A stretch of DNA of 62,692 nt, counting the filler, from Rhabdomonas costata (Eukaryota), in NCBI GenBank assembly GCA_019059605.1. It is 44 parts of 44 records of this genome, joined end to end, with 100 filler letters (N's around TTAATTAATTAA, not from the genome) between each part and the next. Parts side by side here need not be neighbours in the genome. Positions count along the whole stretch, not along the records: positions 11,421 to 12,748 come from JAHMHO010019248.1; positions 12,849 to 14,176 come from JAHMHO010019249.1; positions 14,277 to 15,603 come from JAHMHO010019250.1; positions 15,704 to 17,031 come from JAHMHO010019251.1; positions 17,132 to 18,459 come from JAHMHO010019252.1; positions 18,560 to 19,887 come from JAHMHO010019253.1; positions 19,988 to 21,315 come from JAHMHO010019254.1; positions 21,416 to 22,743 come from JAHMHO010019255.1; 36 more parts are not named here. One strand, given 5' to 3'. A model generated the notes under the pieces. It saw only the letters and a program-made list of their open reading frames with translations. It was not told the DNA's origin and did not search any database. Shown in pieces: positions 12,740 through 26,073 of this stretch (within the stretch, counting starts at the first letter, position 1; every line of letters begins with the position of its first letter). Made by a program: the position numbers and the translations under genes.

Positions 12740-14276
12740 ACCACCACCNNNNNNNNNNNNNNNNNNNNNNNNNNNNNNNNNNNNNNNNNNNNTTAATTAA
12801 TTAANNNNNNNNNNNNNNNNNNNNNNNNNNNNNNNNNNNNNNNNNNNNGTAGAAGCCGAGGAACCCTGCAATGGCCATCAGAGCGATAAAGGCCACCGTC
12901 AGCAAGACCTTCAGCGAGAGGAGGTTGGCACCAAGTTGGCGACACAGAATTTGTGCCTTGGGACAGGATTTCGCTGCCATCGCAGCGGGATGTAGGAGTC
13001 TAATGGCTACCGCAGGAGACAGCAGGGGAAGACAAGAAGCACTACGGCTTTAACACGAGCAAGAACAACACGGCGTGCATGCAAAACACGGCAGCGGTTT
13101 GGATGGCTATCAAGTTCAGGTGACCCATGAGTGCTCTTTACCATCCAGAGTTCGGCACTTGGTTAGGGATTCCGGACAGAACATACCGGAAAACCCCATA
13201 CCCTTCCACAAAAGGGAATGGGAATGGTTGCAAACGATTCCTCTTGGAATTTAGAAAATATAAGTGGGACAGAATCCATGTTTTGTGTAGCTTTTCAAAT
13301 TTTTTAATTACTTCCTTCTTCTTCTTCTTCTTCTTCTCTCTCTCTTTCTTTTCTGGTTTTTCACGAAGGTAATATGCCGTCTGACACTTCCTTCTCCTTT
13401 TCAACCAGCGGTATTTCAAGCTAATGGTTTCTATTGGGGTTGAGGGTCAGAGTTTGGATTCGGGTTAGAGTAGGGAATTAAGGAAAACGGAACGCGAACA
13501 TGCACACGCTCTGCAGAACGCCAAAAAGAAAGAGGCCTACTCTCCCTCGCTCGCCGCAATCGGCTCTTCTTTCTTCAAGTCATTACGTCACATTCAGCAA
13601 GCCAATGCCCACAGGTCTCTTCGAGAAAGGCAGGCAATGCAAATGACGCAACGACGGACACAACGAAAAGAAACGAAGAAGAGGCCTGTGTGTGGAGAGA
13701 GAGAGAGAAGAGGAGGAGGAAGAAGAAAGCATGGGCTCACAACAAGCACACAACAGAAGAGAACAAAAGTGAAGAAAAGGAAAAGTAATGTAAAGTCGCT
13801 TCGACGCAGGTTGCCCGCAGAGAGACCGTTTGCGGGGAGGGAGAGGGGGGTATAGGTGTGGTGGCGTGAGGGACAGCAGCGATGAAAGGGAAGGAGAGAC
13901 GGAGAGAGGGGGAAAGCTTGCGCAAACCCCCCATTGCAAGAAGATAACCAACCTCTCCTTCGGCAGGATTCCGCCCCAGCACAGGCCGCTTTGTAAGCGC
14001 CAGAATGCAGACAAGGCCAAAGAAGGAAAACCCCTCTTCCACACGTCATCCTACTCCCCTGGACGATAGGGGTATAAACTCCAAGTGATGTGTGCAGCAT
14101 ACATGTACATTCACACACATAGTGTGGAGGAGATCAGAAATGTACAGAGAGGACACAGACACCACACCAAACTCATNNNNNNNNNNNNNNNNNNNNNNNN
14201 NNNNNNNNNNNNNNNNNNNNTTAATTAATTAANNNNNNNNNNNNNNNNNNNNNNNNNNNNNNNNNNNNNNNNNNNN

Positions 14277-15586
14277 GGGGTTGGGGGAGATGGAAATGAA
14301 GGCGCACTTCCGGAACCACCCCAACGTCGTCGGCCTGCGGAACGTCCTGTGCCTTCCCGCACATTGCATCCCGTGGTGCTGCCCACAGCCCCAGCCGCAG
14401 CCCACGGCGCTTTGTCTTGCCTTAAGGGCTTAAGGGTTGGTAGAAAAAACGGAGGTTTCCTCGAAACAAGGGGAAAAATTTTAAACTCGCCATCAACACA
14501 ACATCATTATATCTTCACTAACTTAACAGCGAAAAAAAAAACAAGCCGCTCCGTGTGCCTGTTTCCAGGACCTTATAGCTGCCCAAGCCGTGGGGAACGG
14601 GGAGGCTGACGCGAAACAGCTTCTGGGCCACCGCCATGAGGTCAAACTTCGGCGGGTTGAAGACTCCCTTGAGCTCCAAGGGCGACAGCAGCTTCGTGGA
14701 GTCGAACATTCCATCCATGCAAACTCCGAATTCCGCCCCTAAAACGCAGCAAACACAGGGAAGAGCGAGAGGGACAAAAGGCTTAATAGGAACAAACGTA
14801 AGAGCACCGTCGCACTGAAGCCAGGAAAACACAGGCCGAACATAACCAAATCAATTGCAGAGCAGATAACTCTCCCTCTTTATTCCCTCTCATTTCACAA
14901 GGACAACAACAATGCATTTTCGCCCTACTTTTGTGAAACAACAGGCTTGCAGTCTCCTCTAATTTCCAGCTTGCTTTTCCAAAGGCATCCGAGTAAATGC
15001 CTATGGTGACCCAGACAACACCTCGCAGTTGCCAGGCAGGATTGACCCACACGGACTGAGGGAACAAGCACACGACGAAATTCGCTTAATTCAAACATCA
15101 ACAAGTGCCTTACTGAGGCAGGGTGCGACACGGCTCATGAAGAACCCCATCTTCACCACTTTGGGATCGGTCAGGACCCTGGTGAGCCGGGGCCCTAGCT
15201 TTCCTCCAAAGTGCATGATATGAAGCAGCAGCACGCACTCTCCCGTATACAGCGACAGCAGCACCACAGAGTACCGCTCGGAGGTGGGCCCGCCCTGCCA
15301 CCGCCGAGTATTGCCCATCACCCCTAATGCCATGCGCCCGGGGCTGGGCTGTGTGCCTTCCTCCTTCCGCTCCTCTCCTTTTGAGGTCCTCCTCTTCTTC
15401 TCAAGCCTCTTCCGTTTCTGCTGCAGCTTGTGCGCCCGCAGTGGACGAAGGATGTGAAGCCGCACCAGGCGCTCGCCTGCGCCCGGTCGCCGGTGTAATA
15501 CACCGGAGTGCTAGAGAGAGCGGCGCGCAGGCGGGCCTCTGGAGACTCCTCCCCCGTGGCCGTGGGCCGGGCTGTGGATGTACCAT
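14277..15586 (-). CDS. WRN/RNase D-type 3'-5' exonuclease-fold protein with degenerate catalytic motifs (partial)
   Basis: Exons ~15586-15132 (internal frameshift or extra intron near 15465), 14738-14599 and 14346-14277. Translation: VVLLSLYTGECVLLLHIMHFGGKLGPRLTRVLTDPKVVKMGF / EFGVCMDGMFD / DLMAVAQKLFRVSLP. This resembles WRN-exo VALLQLAT..CLLFQL..LP..L..LLEDPSILKVG / DFGI.V.GVVD / SLA.LVEEVLG..L. Confidence 0.7.
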
Positions 15587-17132
15587 CTGCACAAGAGACA
15601 ACCNNNNNNNNNNNNNNNNNNNNNNNNNNNNNNNNNNNNNNNNNNNNTTAATTAATTAANNNNNNNNNNNNNNNNNNNNNNNNNNNNNNNNNNNNNNNNN
15701 NNNGAGTTTGGTGCACTTCAAAAAGTTCCTTGAGGATTTCTGTCTTCATCGTCTTTCACACTCTCTTACACCCTCTCTTAAGTTACAGTCTTACAATGGG
15801 GCCATAATTTTATGCATATACTTTGACCGCTGGGTTTCAGCCCCTCTAAAGATAATTTTGGGGTCACTTGCCTGCCTCGTCTAGCAATAGTATTCTCTCT
15901 CTCTCTCTCTTTGGGGAGAGGGCAAGATCATGTCCGTACGTGGAGTTGCGAGATGCACCCGAAAAGACCAGTTAAAATCCAAAAGATACAAAGACCAAAA
16001 ACCATGGGAAGAGCCGGTCGTGGATTCATATCATTATTCCCGTTTGCCTGGGCTGGGAGTTCGAACACCCTGGCGAGGTGAGTACAACGGGACTCAGAGT
16101 GATAGGAGGCTAATATGAGGTGCACAATACCATCATGGTTGTCTTTGTATGCGGAGTTCCCGCAGATGGGAGGGTCCTCCCCGCCACCGCGGGGCAGCCC
16201 CTCGCCCCTTGGTCCCACCACCGTTGTAGCATTGCAGCAGCACAGGTGGTTCGAATACGCAGCGACTTGCTGCAAAGCTGCGGTGGTGACGGCGGTGGGG
16301 TGACGAGCCCCGGCCACCAGAAAAACTCGCAGCGCGGGATACCTGCCGATAAGGGAGAACTGTATTCATTGCAATGGGAGAAGGTGCCCCAATTTACGCA
16401 GAAACGCTTGTAAAAGCCACCACCGATGTAGTCAGGTGACAGCGACCTTCCATGAAAGAAAGGCTCCTTGTCAAACGCGGCATAGCTGTGCAATGGTGGG
16501 AATTGTTTCGGTAGAAGAGAATAAAAAACAGCCCAAGAAGAAGCATCGACAAAAGACGGGAGTCTGCCATTCGGAGAAAGAGCAGGGCTTATCATGTGAC
16601 GATGTTCGGCATGTCTATCCTCTCACAGGGGTCTGAACATAAATCTGAAAGGACTCAAGAGCGAACAGCTTCTGTTCCTGGTCATTGAAAACGGTCCAAG
16701 TAAACGAGCGCGCAGACGGAAAAGCTCAAATGTTTGAATGCAAAACCGTACTTACCGCGTAACAGAAAAACAATCAAAGGCAGTGCGTCCAACAGGATGA
16801 GTACATTACCGTTTCGCCTGTGTTCCCCCAAAGCATTTGCGAGCTCACGCCATCTCAACTATTCAGTATGTTCCACAAAACGCAAGGCCAATCTGGCCCG
16901 AGCTCCCTGCCGACTCACCCGCCTCTTTACGGCTCAACCAATGCGGTCTTCTGGCAGATAGGCACAGTGACAATTCCTCCCACGACGCAGAACGCTACCG
17001 GATAACAAATCGCAAAGAGAAAAAGGGGAAANNNNNNNNNNNNNNNNNNNNNNNNNNNNNNNNNNNNNNNNNNNNTTAATTAATTAANNNNNNNNNNNNN
17101 NNNNNNNNNNNNNNNNNNNNNNNNNNNNNNNT

Positions 17133-17441
17133 GCGAGGGTTGGAGCTTGCGTTAGTGCCTACTGGGAGCAGAAGAAGCACATGGCTCGAGGTGATGTGGA
17201 GCCTCAGGAGGTTACCAAAGTGCTGGATGTTTTACGGCCGCACCTATTCGGTGCCACGCTGGCAGGAGCAGGTGGCGGTGGCTTCCTGCTCTGTATAACT
17301 CGCCATCCTGACATTCAGCCAACCTTGAGGGAGGCGTTGCTGCGGTCTGGAATCAATGGCACGGAGAGTTGGACCTTGCATGCAGTTGCGGTGGATACCA
17401 TCGGTCCCATTGTCCAGTACGGTGTGGTGTGCAAATCATAG
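17133..17441 (+). CDS. FCSK: L-fucose kinase, C-terminal GHMP domain (3' end of gene)
   Basis: ARVGACVSAYWEQKKHMARGDVEP...LRPHLFGATLAGAGGGGFLLCITRHP...LHAVAVDTIG* closely matches fucokinase YWEQKKLMAPGCEP...LAGAGGGGF...VEVDTQG. Confidence 0.9.
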   Translation, partial: ARVGACVSAYWEQKKHMARGDVEPQEVTKVLDVLRPHLFGATLAGAGGGGFLLCITRHPDIQPTLREALLRSGINGTESWTLHAVAVDTIGPIVQYGVVCKS

Positions 17442-18720
17442 ATCTTTTCACTTTTTCCGAAACTGCCACTCGCTCTTGATTTGGTAGGTGTTCAACCGAT
17501 GTTCTTACTGTGCATTTTTTGAGCTTCCTGTTTCGAGAAGACAAAATGGAGATAACGAAAAACAGTCTTGGAAGCTTCTGCCATTGCACTGCTGATTGCA
17601 AGGGAGGATTTGCAACTCATAAATAAAAAACAGAATTGCGTAGGTCTGAGTTTACGGTGTAACGTTCTTTATTTTGCTGGTCGACTCTTGGTGCAACCCA
17701 GCAGATCATGATTACATGCTGTGCTTGTATGTTTGGTACATCCAATATGTTACCTTGCAAGCCTGCTGCATGGTAAGGTATCGAGTGATTTGAGCGAAGT
17801 GTCGCACCACCAATTTTCTAGAGGGTTTGGGACCAGATTCGGTCCAAGATAGAATTCAGTGGTGGGGCATCGTCTTCTAACCCCGCCCAAATAAAGGTCT
17901 GGAATCCCAGGGAGGTGATACGGCCAGAACACACTGTTGGGCGTGCAGCGGTCGTTGGTCTGCCATCAAGTGAGTAGACTCCCGTGAATTTTTTGCCTTT
18001 CTTGAATCGTGCCGTCATTTATGCGTCGTGTGTAAACGGATACCCAACGAACTCTTTTGATACTTGAATCTTCCGGCACTATTCTTCTTTTCTACTTGTC
18101 GTCCTTGAGACCTCCACCCAACCTCAGATCTCATGTCGGAAGTTTAAAGTTTCAGGGGAATGCAGTTCTAGCTGCCGTTGGGGCCTTGCTGTTTCCAACT
18201 TCTGGATGTCGCTGCTCCCCCCCCCCTTCCCTGCGCCAACAGCCGATTTGTGTCGGTGCATTTGAGAACGATGGTTTTCTTATTGCGATTATCTTCACTA
18301 CTTTTTGTGCGCATCGCAGCTGTTGTTTGACTGGACATCGTTTTTGGCACTTCACAATGGCTGAGGACTCTGGTCCTCCGGATGAGGACCGCCGCCTTAG
18401 TTTGGTCTTCCCCACACTCTCCCAGGATGAGATTCCCGTCCCTCACCCCCCTCCTACCCNNNNNNNNNNNNNNNNNNNNNNNNNNNNNNNNNNNNNNNNN
18501 NNNTTAATTAATTAANNNNNNNNNNNNNNNNNNNNNNNNNNNNNNNNNNNNNNNNNNNNGTGGTTTTTTGTCGGTTCGCTGGTTGGTTTGGGGTCCGGGT
18601 TGCATCCTGTGCCGTGCGTCCTCCCAATGTTGCGTGTCGTGTGTTGATCGGCAGACATCCGCCTTTTCACAGGCTCACCATCGATTTAGTATCGTTCAGA
18701 ATGGTTTTTTCTCTCTTCAG

Positions 18721-19753
18721 GATTGAGCTACTTGCACAACAAGAACATCATCCACGCGGATATTAAGGTGTTCAGTTTGTCTTCGTATTCTTGTGTGCAC
18801 GGGTTGCAGGAACAACAAAATGCAACATCATTTGCAAGGAGCTCCAGATTGCTTTGTTTTTTTGCTCCTCCTTTTCGGTGTAACGCCTCTGCTCTGCTTT
18901 CTTGGACTTGTTTCGACTTGTGAAACCCGTGGGGCTGGGTACAGGGGCAAAACATTCTGATAAGCGACCGCGGGGAGGTCAAGCTGACGGACTTCGGCGC
19001 GTGCAGCATCCAGGCCCACACCCGCAAGAGCATTGACCCAGCCTCGGCCTCCGCCGCGATGGAAGCGACCTCCTCCCTGCCAATGCCCTCTCCCCTCGCG
19101 GACATTGCAAAGAGGCCCCGGCCCTTCATGGGAACCATCTGGTGGATGGCCCCAGAAGTCTGCCGGAAAGGTCCTGCACACTTCCGCTCCCAAGTCCCAC
19201 GGCTCTCAAGCAAGGCACCTGGTTGTCTCGAGCTCGAGAACAAGCAGCTCCTTGTGCTGCATTGTCCTGGCGCTTTATATGATGAGGCGACCGTCTTGGT
19301 TGGAAGCCAAGTCATGTAGCCAAGTCATGTAATCTGAAGCAGAGTAACACTGTGTCTCACTGCGTTGGACGAGCAGGTTCTTCGCACTACCATAGCGCTA
19401 GTGGTCGGAAGGGGGATGATGGCTCCAACATTTTGGTTTGTTGCAACTTGTCAGCCTGCCTCTTGCATCGTGTGCACCTTGCCTCCCTTCTCCCTCCCTT
19501 CGCTTCCTCTATTTAACGCTGTTTATGCTTCGTGTGGCATTGCACAGCGGAACCCACGAAGGCGGGCGATATCTGGGCCCTGGGGTGCGTGGTCATCGAG
19601 ATGCTCACGGGGAAGCCCCCGTGGTCAAGCATGAGTTTTGAGGTTCCCTCGGCCGCTATCCTATTCATTGGGCGCACCCGGGAGCCACCAGTGCTCGACG
19701 CGGGGTACGAGCTGGACCCGGAGACGGTGGCCTTTTTCCGAGAGTGCGTTCAG
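18721..19753 (+). CDS. STE/MAP3K (STE11-like) Ser/Thr protein kinase, 3 internal exons
   Basis: GT-AG exons 18721-18767, 18945-19170 and 19548-19753 join in phase: LSYLHNKNIIHADIK|GQNILISDRGEVKLTDFG...GTIWWMAPEV...DIWALGCVVIEMLTGKPPW. Confidence 0.93.
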
Positions 19754-20616
19754 GTTCAGGAGCCCTTTCCCATTGCTCTTTATAGCTTTGGCCAATGATG
19801 TTCTTTCCTCCCCGCCCCTCAGAAGTTGCACATTGTACTTTCTTCAGCCAACCCCAAAAATTTCAACCACTCGGGCTTTCATGTGCGNNNNNNNNNNNNN
19901 NNNNNNNNNNNNNNNNNNNNNNNNNNNNNNNTTAATTAATTAANNNNNNNNNNNNNNNNNNNNNNNNNNNNNNNNNNNNNNNNNNNNGTGGGTGTTGGGT
20001 TTCAGCAGACGGAGGGAAACAATAGAAAATACCCTGGGGGTCAGGGATTCACCTCAAAGCAGAGAGGTGAACAGCTACCAGCTACTTGCCTTTTTTGTGG
20101 TGCCTGAGGAGCATGCATTGTTTCATGCTGTCCAGCAAAGTTGTTTTTTAGAGAGTTTTGGGTAGCCGCGGCTATGGATTGGGTGGCAGTTGTTATGCCT
20201 CAGACAAGGGCTCTTTTTGCGCCAGTGTAAACTTGGTAACATTGTGGAACAGCCCCTCCGTGCCTCTGCTCCCGTAACGCTCGATTATTAAGCGGCTGCA
20301 TAATCGCTCGGGGATTCTACAATGTATTTTCCTGTACGACTTCGTCGTGGTCTAGGTTTTACCGTTTTTACAGGTGCACCTCCTGCCGCACGCCGGCGAC
20401 ACCCAAATATTTTACCGATAAGCTCGGCTTCTCGGCATTGTCCCTTGAAGATTCTCGTAACACAACCGCCCCCGGTCTTCTCTGTCGTCACCTTCTAACA
20501 TGGACACTGAGCGAAAGCTGCGCACCCTGGTGATGGCCTTTCTGTCTCTGAGTGCGCTGGTGGTTGTGTGGTAGGCTCTTCTGTGAGCTTTGAGACTTGC
20601 TCGTATTTGTCAAAAG

Positions 20617-21003
20617 GAGGCTCTGGCGGAGCTTGCGGAAGAGCGGCAAGCCTGGGTGAGACGTGCCGCGGAGGCCACGGTGAAGGCCGTTGCGGCTCAC
20701 CGGAAAGCGGAGGTATTTGTCGGAAGGGCGGAGAGGTGGCGGTGTAATGGTGTTTCATCATCATTTCTTCGGAGGTTCCGCACGTTTACGCTTATCTTCT
20801 CCATTTCACCGATGGAGGACTCCCTCTATTTGTGGACTTTTTTTTACCGATTCTCTCTGATTGATTTCCCCTCAAAATATACACAGCGAGTATTGCTTTC
20901 TGCCGAACATCGAGCGAGGCGTGGGGTGGTAGCCTCGGAGCGTGAGCTCCGCTGCGCCACCTTGCAGCTGGCGGGGCTCTCTTACGAGCTGGCCTCAACC
21001 AAG
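20617..21003 (+). CDS. Unknown helical/coiled-coil protein, 2 internal exons
   Basis: Phase-0 exons 20617-20712 (EALAELAEERQAW..) and 20887-21003 (RVLLSAEHRARR..ELASTK). The second is followed by a probable GC donor (GCATGT). Confidence 0.5.
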
Positions 21004-21923
21004 GCATGTGCCCGGAAGGGGTCGGGGAACCTTGCTGGACGAGGAGCACTTCCTTTTTCGCTACGTAAATTCCTCATGCATTTCAACCAATTGAGTTGAA
21101 TCAATTGAGTTACTCCTTTTCTTCGGATTCAAGAGGAGGGCAGACCAGAAGCAGTGAGGCACTCAGCAGCACTCTTTTTAATAAAATCGAGAGGGCCCTC
21201 TCTGGTTCTTGGCATTTCTGTTCTTTTCGCAGGTGCACCGGCTTTCGTTGACCTCCCCCTCGTCCGTTGACGACCTGTCGCCCTCTCAGGTGCTTCTTCG
21301 AAAAGAACACAAACANNNNNNNNNNNNNNNNNNNNNNNNNNNNNNNNNNNNNNNNNNNNTTAATTAATTAANNNNNNNNNNNNNNNNNNNNNNNNNNNNN
21401 NNNNNNNNNNNNNNNGTTGTGGTGGGTCCTAAACTGGGGGGGGGGTGCCAGTGGTGGCCATGCGTTCACAGATCACGAAGAATCAGAAGGCGATGTACGA
21501 TTTCAATATTTCGGAACAGAGTGGCTGAAAGAAGGCTCGCGGTGACCCGCTTGAGGGATAATAAGAAAAATTGTCCCAGAAAACGCGCGCTGACTGCGTG
21601 CTCGGGGGGAGATTCAGTATTGTCTTATGACACAACAGGTCAGGAATATCCAACTGCCCCACGGGTTCCAGGAACAGCATTTGCATGTCAACGTATAACA
21701 CAAAAGGAAACCCTCCAAGGCACCACCACATTGATGCTGCGGAGTTTGGGGAAAGTTCTTTTTTTGAAATGTCAGTGACACGCTCTCACACACGCTCGCA
21801 CACTCAGAAACCCCAAAAATCCCCCGCAAACATAAGAAGCAATACGCAAAACAAAAACTTACAAAGATGCTATTCCCTTCCCCAGAAAAGGTTGCCACTG
21901 GCAAATAACCGTTTCGGGCATAC

Positions 21924-22109
21924 CTTCTTATCGATCTCGAGGAGAACGTCCTTGGCCACGCTGCTCCGGCGGCGACGTGGGCCGCCCCCGGCCTTGCCAC
22001 CGGGCTTCTTCGAGCTTGTCCCGGTGGTGGCGGTGCCCCCACTAAGAGCCACGGACGCAGCGCCCGCTCCACTAGGGGCCCCACTGCTGTCTTCAGAGGC
22101 CTCCTCTTC
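21924..22109 (-). CDS. Internal exon of an unknown protein (low complexity)
   Basis: CAG|EEEASEDSSGAPSG...RRRRSSVAKDVLLEIDKK|GTATGC. Confidence 0.45.
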
Positions 22110-22887
22110 CTGACAACGGAAGTCGGGAAGGGGGATATTAGGAGGATGTGTTGCAAACTTGCAGCTGCCCGACAGGACATTCAAAGTGGTTAAGAGGCTT
22201 GGAAGTGGTAGTCCCTCATCAAGAGCTCGAGTCAGCTCGAAGTTGAGTACATGATCTGGTGGATTACTAGGAATGGGATAGTGGCCACTGTTTCATGTGC
22301 AGAAAAAGAGGTCCTTTACTGACAAGCAAGAGCCAGTTATGAAAAAGGGAGCCAATTTATTTTAGGATGGGGAAATTGTTCTTGTGCAACGAGGCAGCAG
22401 AGTTCGGTCTTTTGCGCCATCTCGGTAATCAGAGGGACTAACGTGAACGCCCATACATCAACCAGGAGTATGGAGATCTCAGCAGATCGAGATTATTGCG
22501 TTTGGCGTGAGTGTCCGGTGACGTGCGTTGTCACCAGCATGTGCACGTTTAGGAGGCTAGCTAATCCCCTCGCAAAGGCCACTGCGACCGCCAAGTACCG
22601 TCGTATGCATTGTTTTGCGAGGAGACAAAATGGGGATATCTGGCGTTTCCGATCGGTACCTTCGGCGCTCCACTCCGCCAGCCTACAACTGAGGCAACAG
22701 GGGGAACCAACCATGGCTAACCGATTTGCTGATCCCCCCCACCNNNNNNNNNNNNNNNNNNNNNNNNNNNNNNNNNNNNNNNNNNNNTTAATTAATTAAN
22801 NNNNNNNNNNNNNNNNNNNNNNNNNNNNNNNNNNNNNNNNNNNTTGTGGTGTGCACGGCGACACGGTGTTCTGTCGCCCCATAACAG

Positions 22888-23988
22888 ACACCAAGGGCCA
22901 GGTCATCACCAACGGGACCTGCCTGGAGGACTCCGAGCTGCTGAGCATGATGTGGCTTCCCTCTGTGGCGGTATATTGGTCTTTGAGATTCTCCTCTTGA
23001 CGCCGAAGAGCATTTTTATTGCGCACTGACCTGTAACAGATGCGTTTCCAGTGACAGTTGAGGAATTAGGGTAGAAAATTGGAGTCCGAAATTGGAGTCG
23101 TTTCCCCTTCAGTTGTGCTTCAGGCTTTAACAACGCCGGAGTATTATCAGACATCCCCACTCCCCCCGCTGTGACCATTCAAGAAGTTTCTTTCTTTTTG
23201 TTTTGCGTGTCTCCTCAGCATGATCATGGGATGTGGACCCTTCCTGGCCGCGTGTGTGTGGAGGGCACATACGGTGTGTTTGACCTGGGCACCCTGACGA
23301 TCCACTGCCTCCGATGCCCCCCAGGTGTGCTTCGTGAAGACCCTGTGCTCCAGCTTTCAGCTTCCAGCTTTTCTGACAAATACTAAGTGCGGGGCTGGCG
23401 CGTTCTCTCCCAGCGGTGCGGTCACCGCCCGTTGCATTTTCAGCAATCCATGCGGTGTGCATTCGGATCCCCTCCTACTCCTATGTCGCCCTCTCCCACT
23501 TTTATAGGTACGGTCTCTGTGAACACCGACCAGGCCTCGGAGTGCGTGGGGTGCCCACCGGGCACCTTCTCCAATGGAACGTCATCGCAGTGCACGGCCT
23601 GCCCTGCCGGTATGCTCTGCTCTGTCGCACTGGAGCCATCATTGGGGAACAGTCCGGCTCCCGTAGCTCGAGTTTTGTAATGGTTGTGATTATCTGTGTT
23701 TATCAATTCACCAGCCCTTTTGAGGTGTGAACTTAACTGCATCCCACAAAGTTCGTTCTGTGTGGTGGCGTCGTTTGGACGTGAGTGGGGTGGGCTTCAG
23801 GGACCTACGGCGCCGTGGCCAACGCCACGGCCTGCCTCCCCTGTCCCACGGGAACTATCGCGGCCTCGGCAGGGGCTCTGGAGTGCGAGGCATGTCAGTC
23901 CTCCTCGCATCAGCCCAACAGCGATGCCACGGCTTGCGTGTCAAAGCCCCAGCCTTGGATGCCTGCGGTAATTGCTGTCCCAATCGCA
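22888..23988 (+). CDS. Cys-rich (GCC2/GCC3, ephrin-receptor-like repeat) type-I membrane/receptor protein, 4 exons
   Basis: Exons 22888-22970, 23219-23324, 23508-23609 and 23801-23988. Repeats CLRCPPGT, CVGCPPGTFS, CTACPAGTY, CLPCPTGT and CEAC precede the start of a TM helix (WMPAVIAVPIA). Confidence 0.85.
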
Positions 23989-26073
23989 GTATGCGTCAGT
24001 TTTTTGTGCGTGTCCTTACGGATAGTGTGTTGAGGATGGGGCGCAGGTTGGTCATGAAGGCAACTTGCTTCTTGAGGATCCTCATCTTTTTGAAGTTTTT
24101 GTCTTTTGAGTGCTTGTGTGCTTGAAGACGCTTCACGAAACTTCTGGACGGGTTGTATCCCCCACCCCCCCNNNNNNNNNNNNNNNNNNNNNNNNNNNNN
24201 NNNNNNNNNNNNNNNTTAATTAATTAANNNNNNNNNNNNNNNNNNNNNNNNNNNNNNNNNNNNNNNNNNNNGGGGTTGGGTTTTGGGACAGATTGGAACT
24301 GTCGTTGAATAGGTTGTTGCGCGTTTCTTCACGCTTTGCAAACTCTTTTTTTATTTGCTGAATGTAGTCTTCCCTTGGCGGGGTTCGCGAAAAAGCTGCG
24401 GATGACTGACACATCTGAAAAGCAGCGCGAGCTATTTGCCCTCTCGTGCCAGGTATCCAGGTGTTCTGCTACTCCTGAGTTCTTTTAAAGCAGGAAGTGA
24501 TGAGGCTTCTTTGCCGGTCCTTTTCTCCTTCAGATGCTTCAGGCTCTTCAACAGAAGCAGTTCGAGTCTGCTTATTCAATTTCGCAAGCAAGTATACCTG
24601 AGGGCCCCCTTTCGGAGCTGTTTTCGTTGTGGGATTAGTGATGCCTGTTCTAATTTTGGCACCTTTTCGGTTAAAAAACAGTTCTTGAGCTGGATCCGAC
24701 TTCATCCACAGCTGCACTCTACCAAGGGCTGCTGAAATCCAAAGCGGCAGGTTTCTGTTTGCGTTGCACGTTCCGCCCGCTTGCTGTGAGTGAAGCTTTG
24801 GCAATTCTGAGCAAATGAGTCAATTGACTTCCGAGAACTTCCGTTTCTCGAACAAATAACGTTGTTTCGATCCCCAAGTCTCGTCTCGTGCTGTAAGATG
24901 GGGTTCACTTTCCCAAGACCCCTCCTCTCTTTCTCCACTTCAGTCAACCATGGCAACTTTGGAGGACCTCCAGATGGCAAAATCCAGACTGTCCATACTG
25001 AGTAAACCAATATAAGTCAGATGCGGACCCATAAAGTGAGATGTGCGCAGTGGACGCATGGTGTGCATTTGTTACCCACCTTGCATCTGCGTAAATGAAG
25101 CAAGTAGTGCAACTGAAAAGTTACTTGAGGTTTAACGGAGGTTGCACATTTTGCTTGGTTTTTTTTACAGAGATACCTCACGAGAGCTTGGCCCAGTCAC
25201 AGGTCTGCCAATTGGGAAGTGTCTTGTTCGCAGTCTCCGGTTCCGCGGCTCTTTCTTCTTTCTCCTGCACCACGTCACAGGTGGCGGCAGCTGCTGAAAG
25301 CGACAGCGAGAGTGACGAAGACGAGCGGGATGACTCAGTAGACGACTCTGAGGTTTGAATGTGTTTGAGGTCTTCCCTTGGCTTCCGCTGTTGCGAACAA
25401 ACGTTTCTATAGCTGTATAATTATACATTTCAACCTTAAAACAGTGAATTGCCCACTGCATTTTCTCAATAAGCACCCGCCCACGAGTGGAAACCTTGGG
25501 CGGGTAAGCCAATGAGTTCGTGGCTGAAGGTCGTGGAACAGCATTGCTACGAATCGCACTGTGCCAAGTCTGGGTTTCTGGTTTGCAGGCAACCGAAAAC
25601 CCNNNNNNNNNNNNNNNNNNNNNNNNNNNNNNNNNNNNNNNNNNNNTTAATTAATTAANNNNNNNNNNNNNNNNNNNNNNNNNNNNNNNNNNNNNNNNNN
25701 NNGGGTTTCCGTGACACCAAAGAAAACCTTTTTGTAATCTTGGCGAAGGCACAATCTTTTTCTGAAATACCTTTCTTTGATGGGGCATGGGCCTGGGTTC
25801 ACCTCTGTTCGCTTTGGGCCTCACGGCGGAACTCTTATCTCCTTGGGACCCCTCCCCCCCTCCGCGACCTTGGGAACCAAGATTCAGCCAAAAAATTATA
25901 CACACACACGTGCACACACACGCATGTGCACACACTTTTGGCTTGCTTGGCGCGGCTGTCTGGTACCATCCCTTCCCTCTGTCCTACCCTCCATTCCACA
26001 AGGCGAGTGGTGAAGTGACAGGGCAAAGAGAGAGAGAAGCAGACAGACAGAAGGAGAAATGGCATATCCACAC

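Noticed and set aside
13430-13480. Degenerate TTAGGG-like run as a telomere
   Set aside because: Too short and degenerate, and internal to the contig.
16040-16080. GTTCGAA T-loop-like motifs (also near 47592) as tRNAs
   Set aside because: No cloverleaf can be built around them.
24272-25010. Overlapping minus-strand ORFs as a decayed element
   Set aside because: Protein-like in places but no diagnostic motif, so it cannot be assigned.
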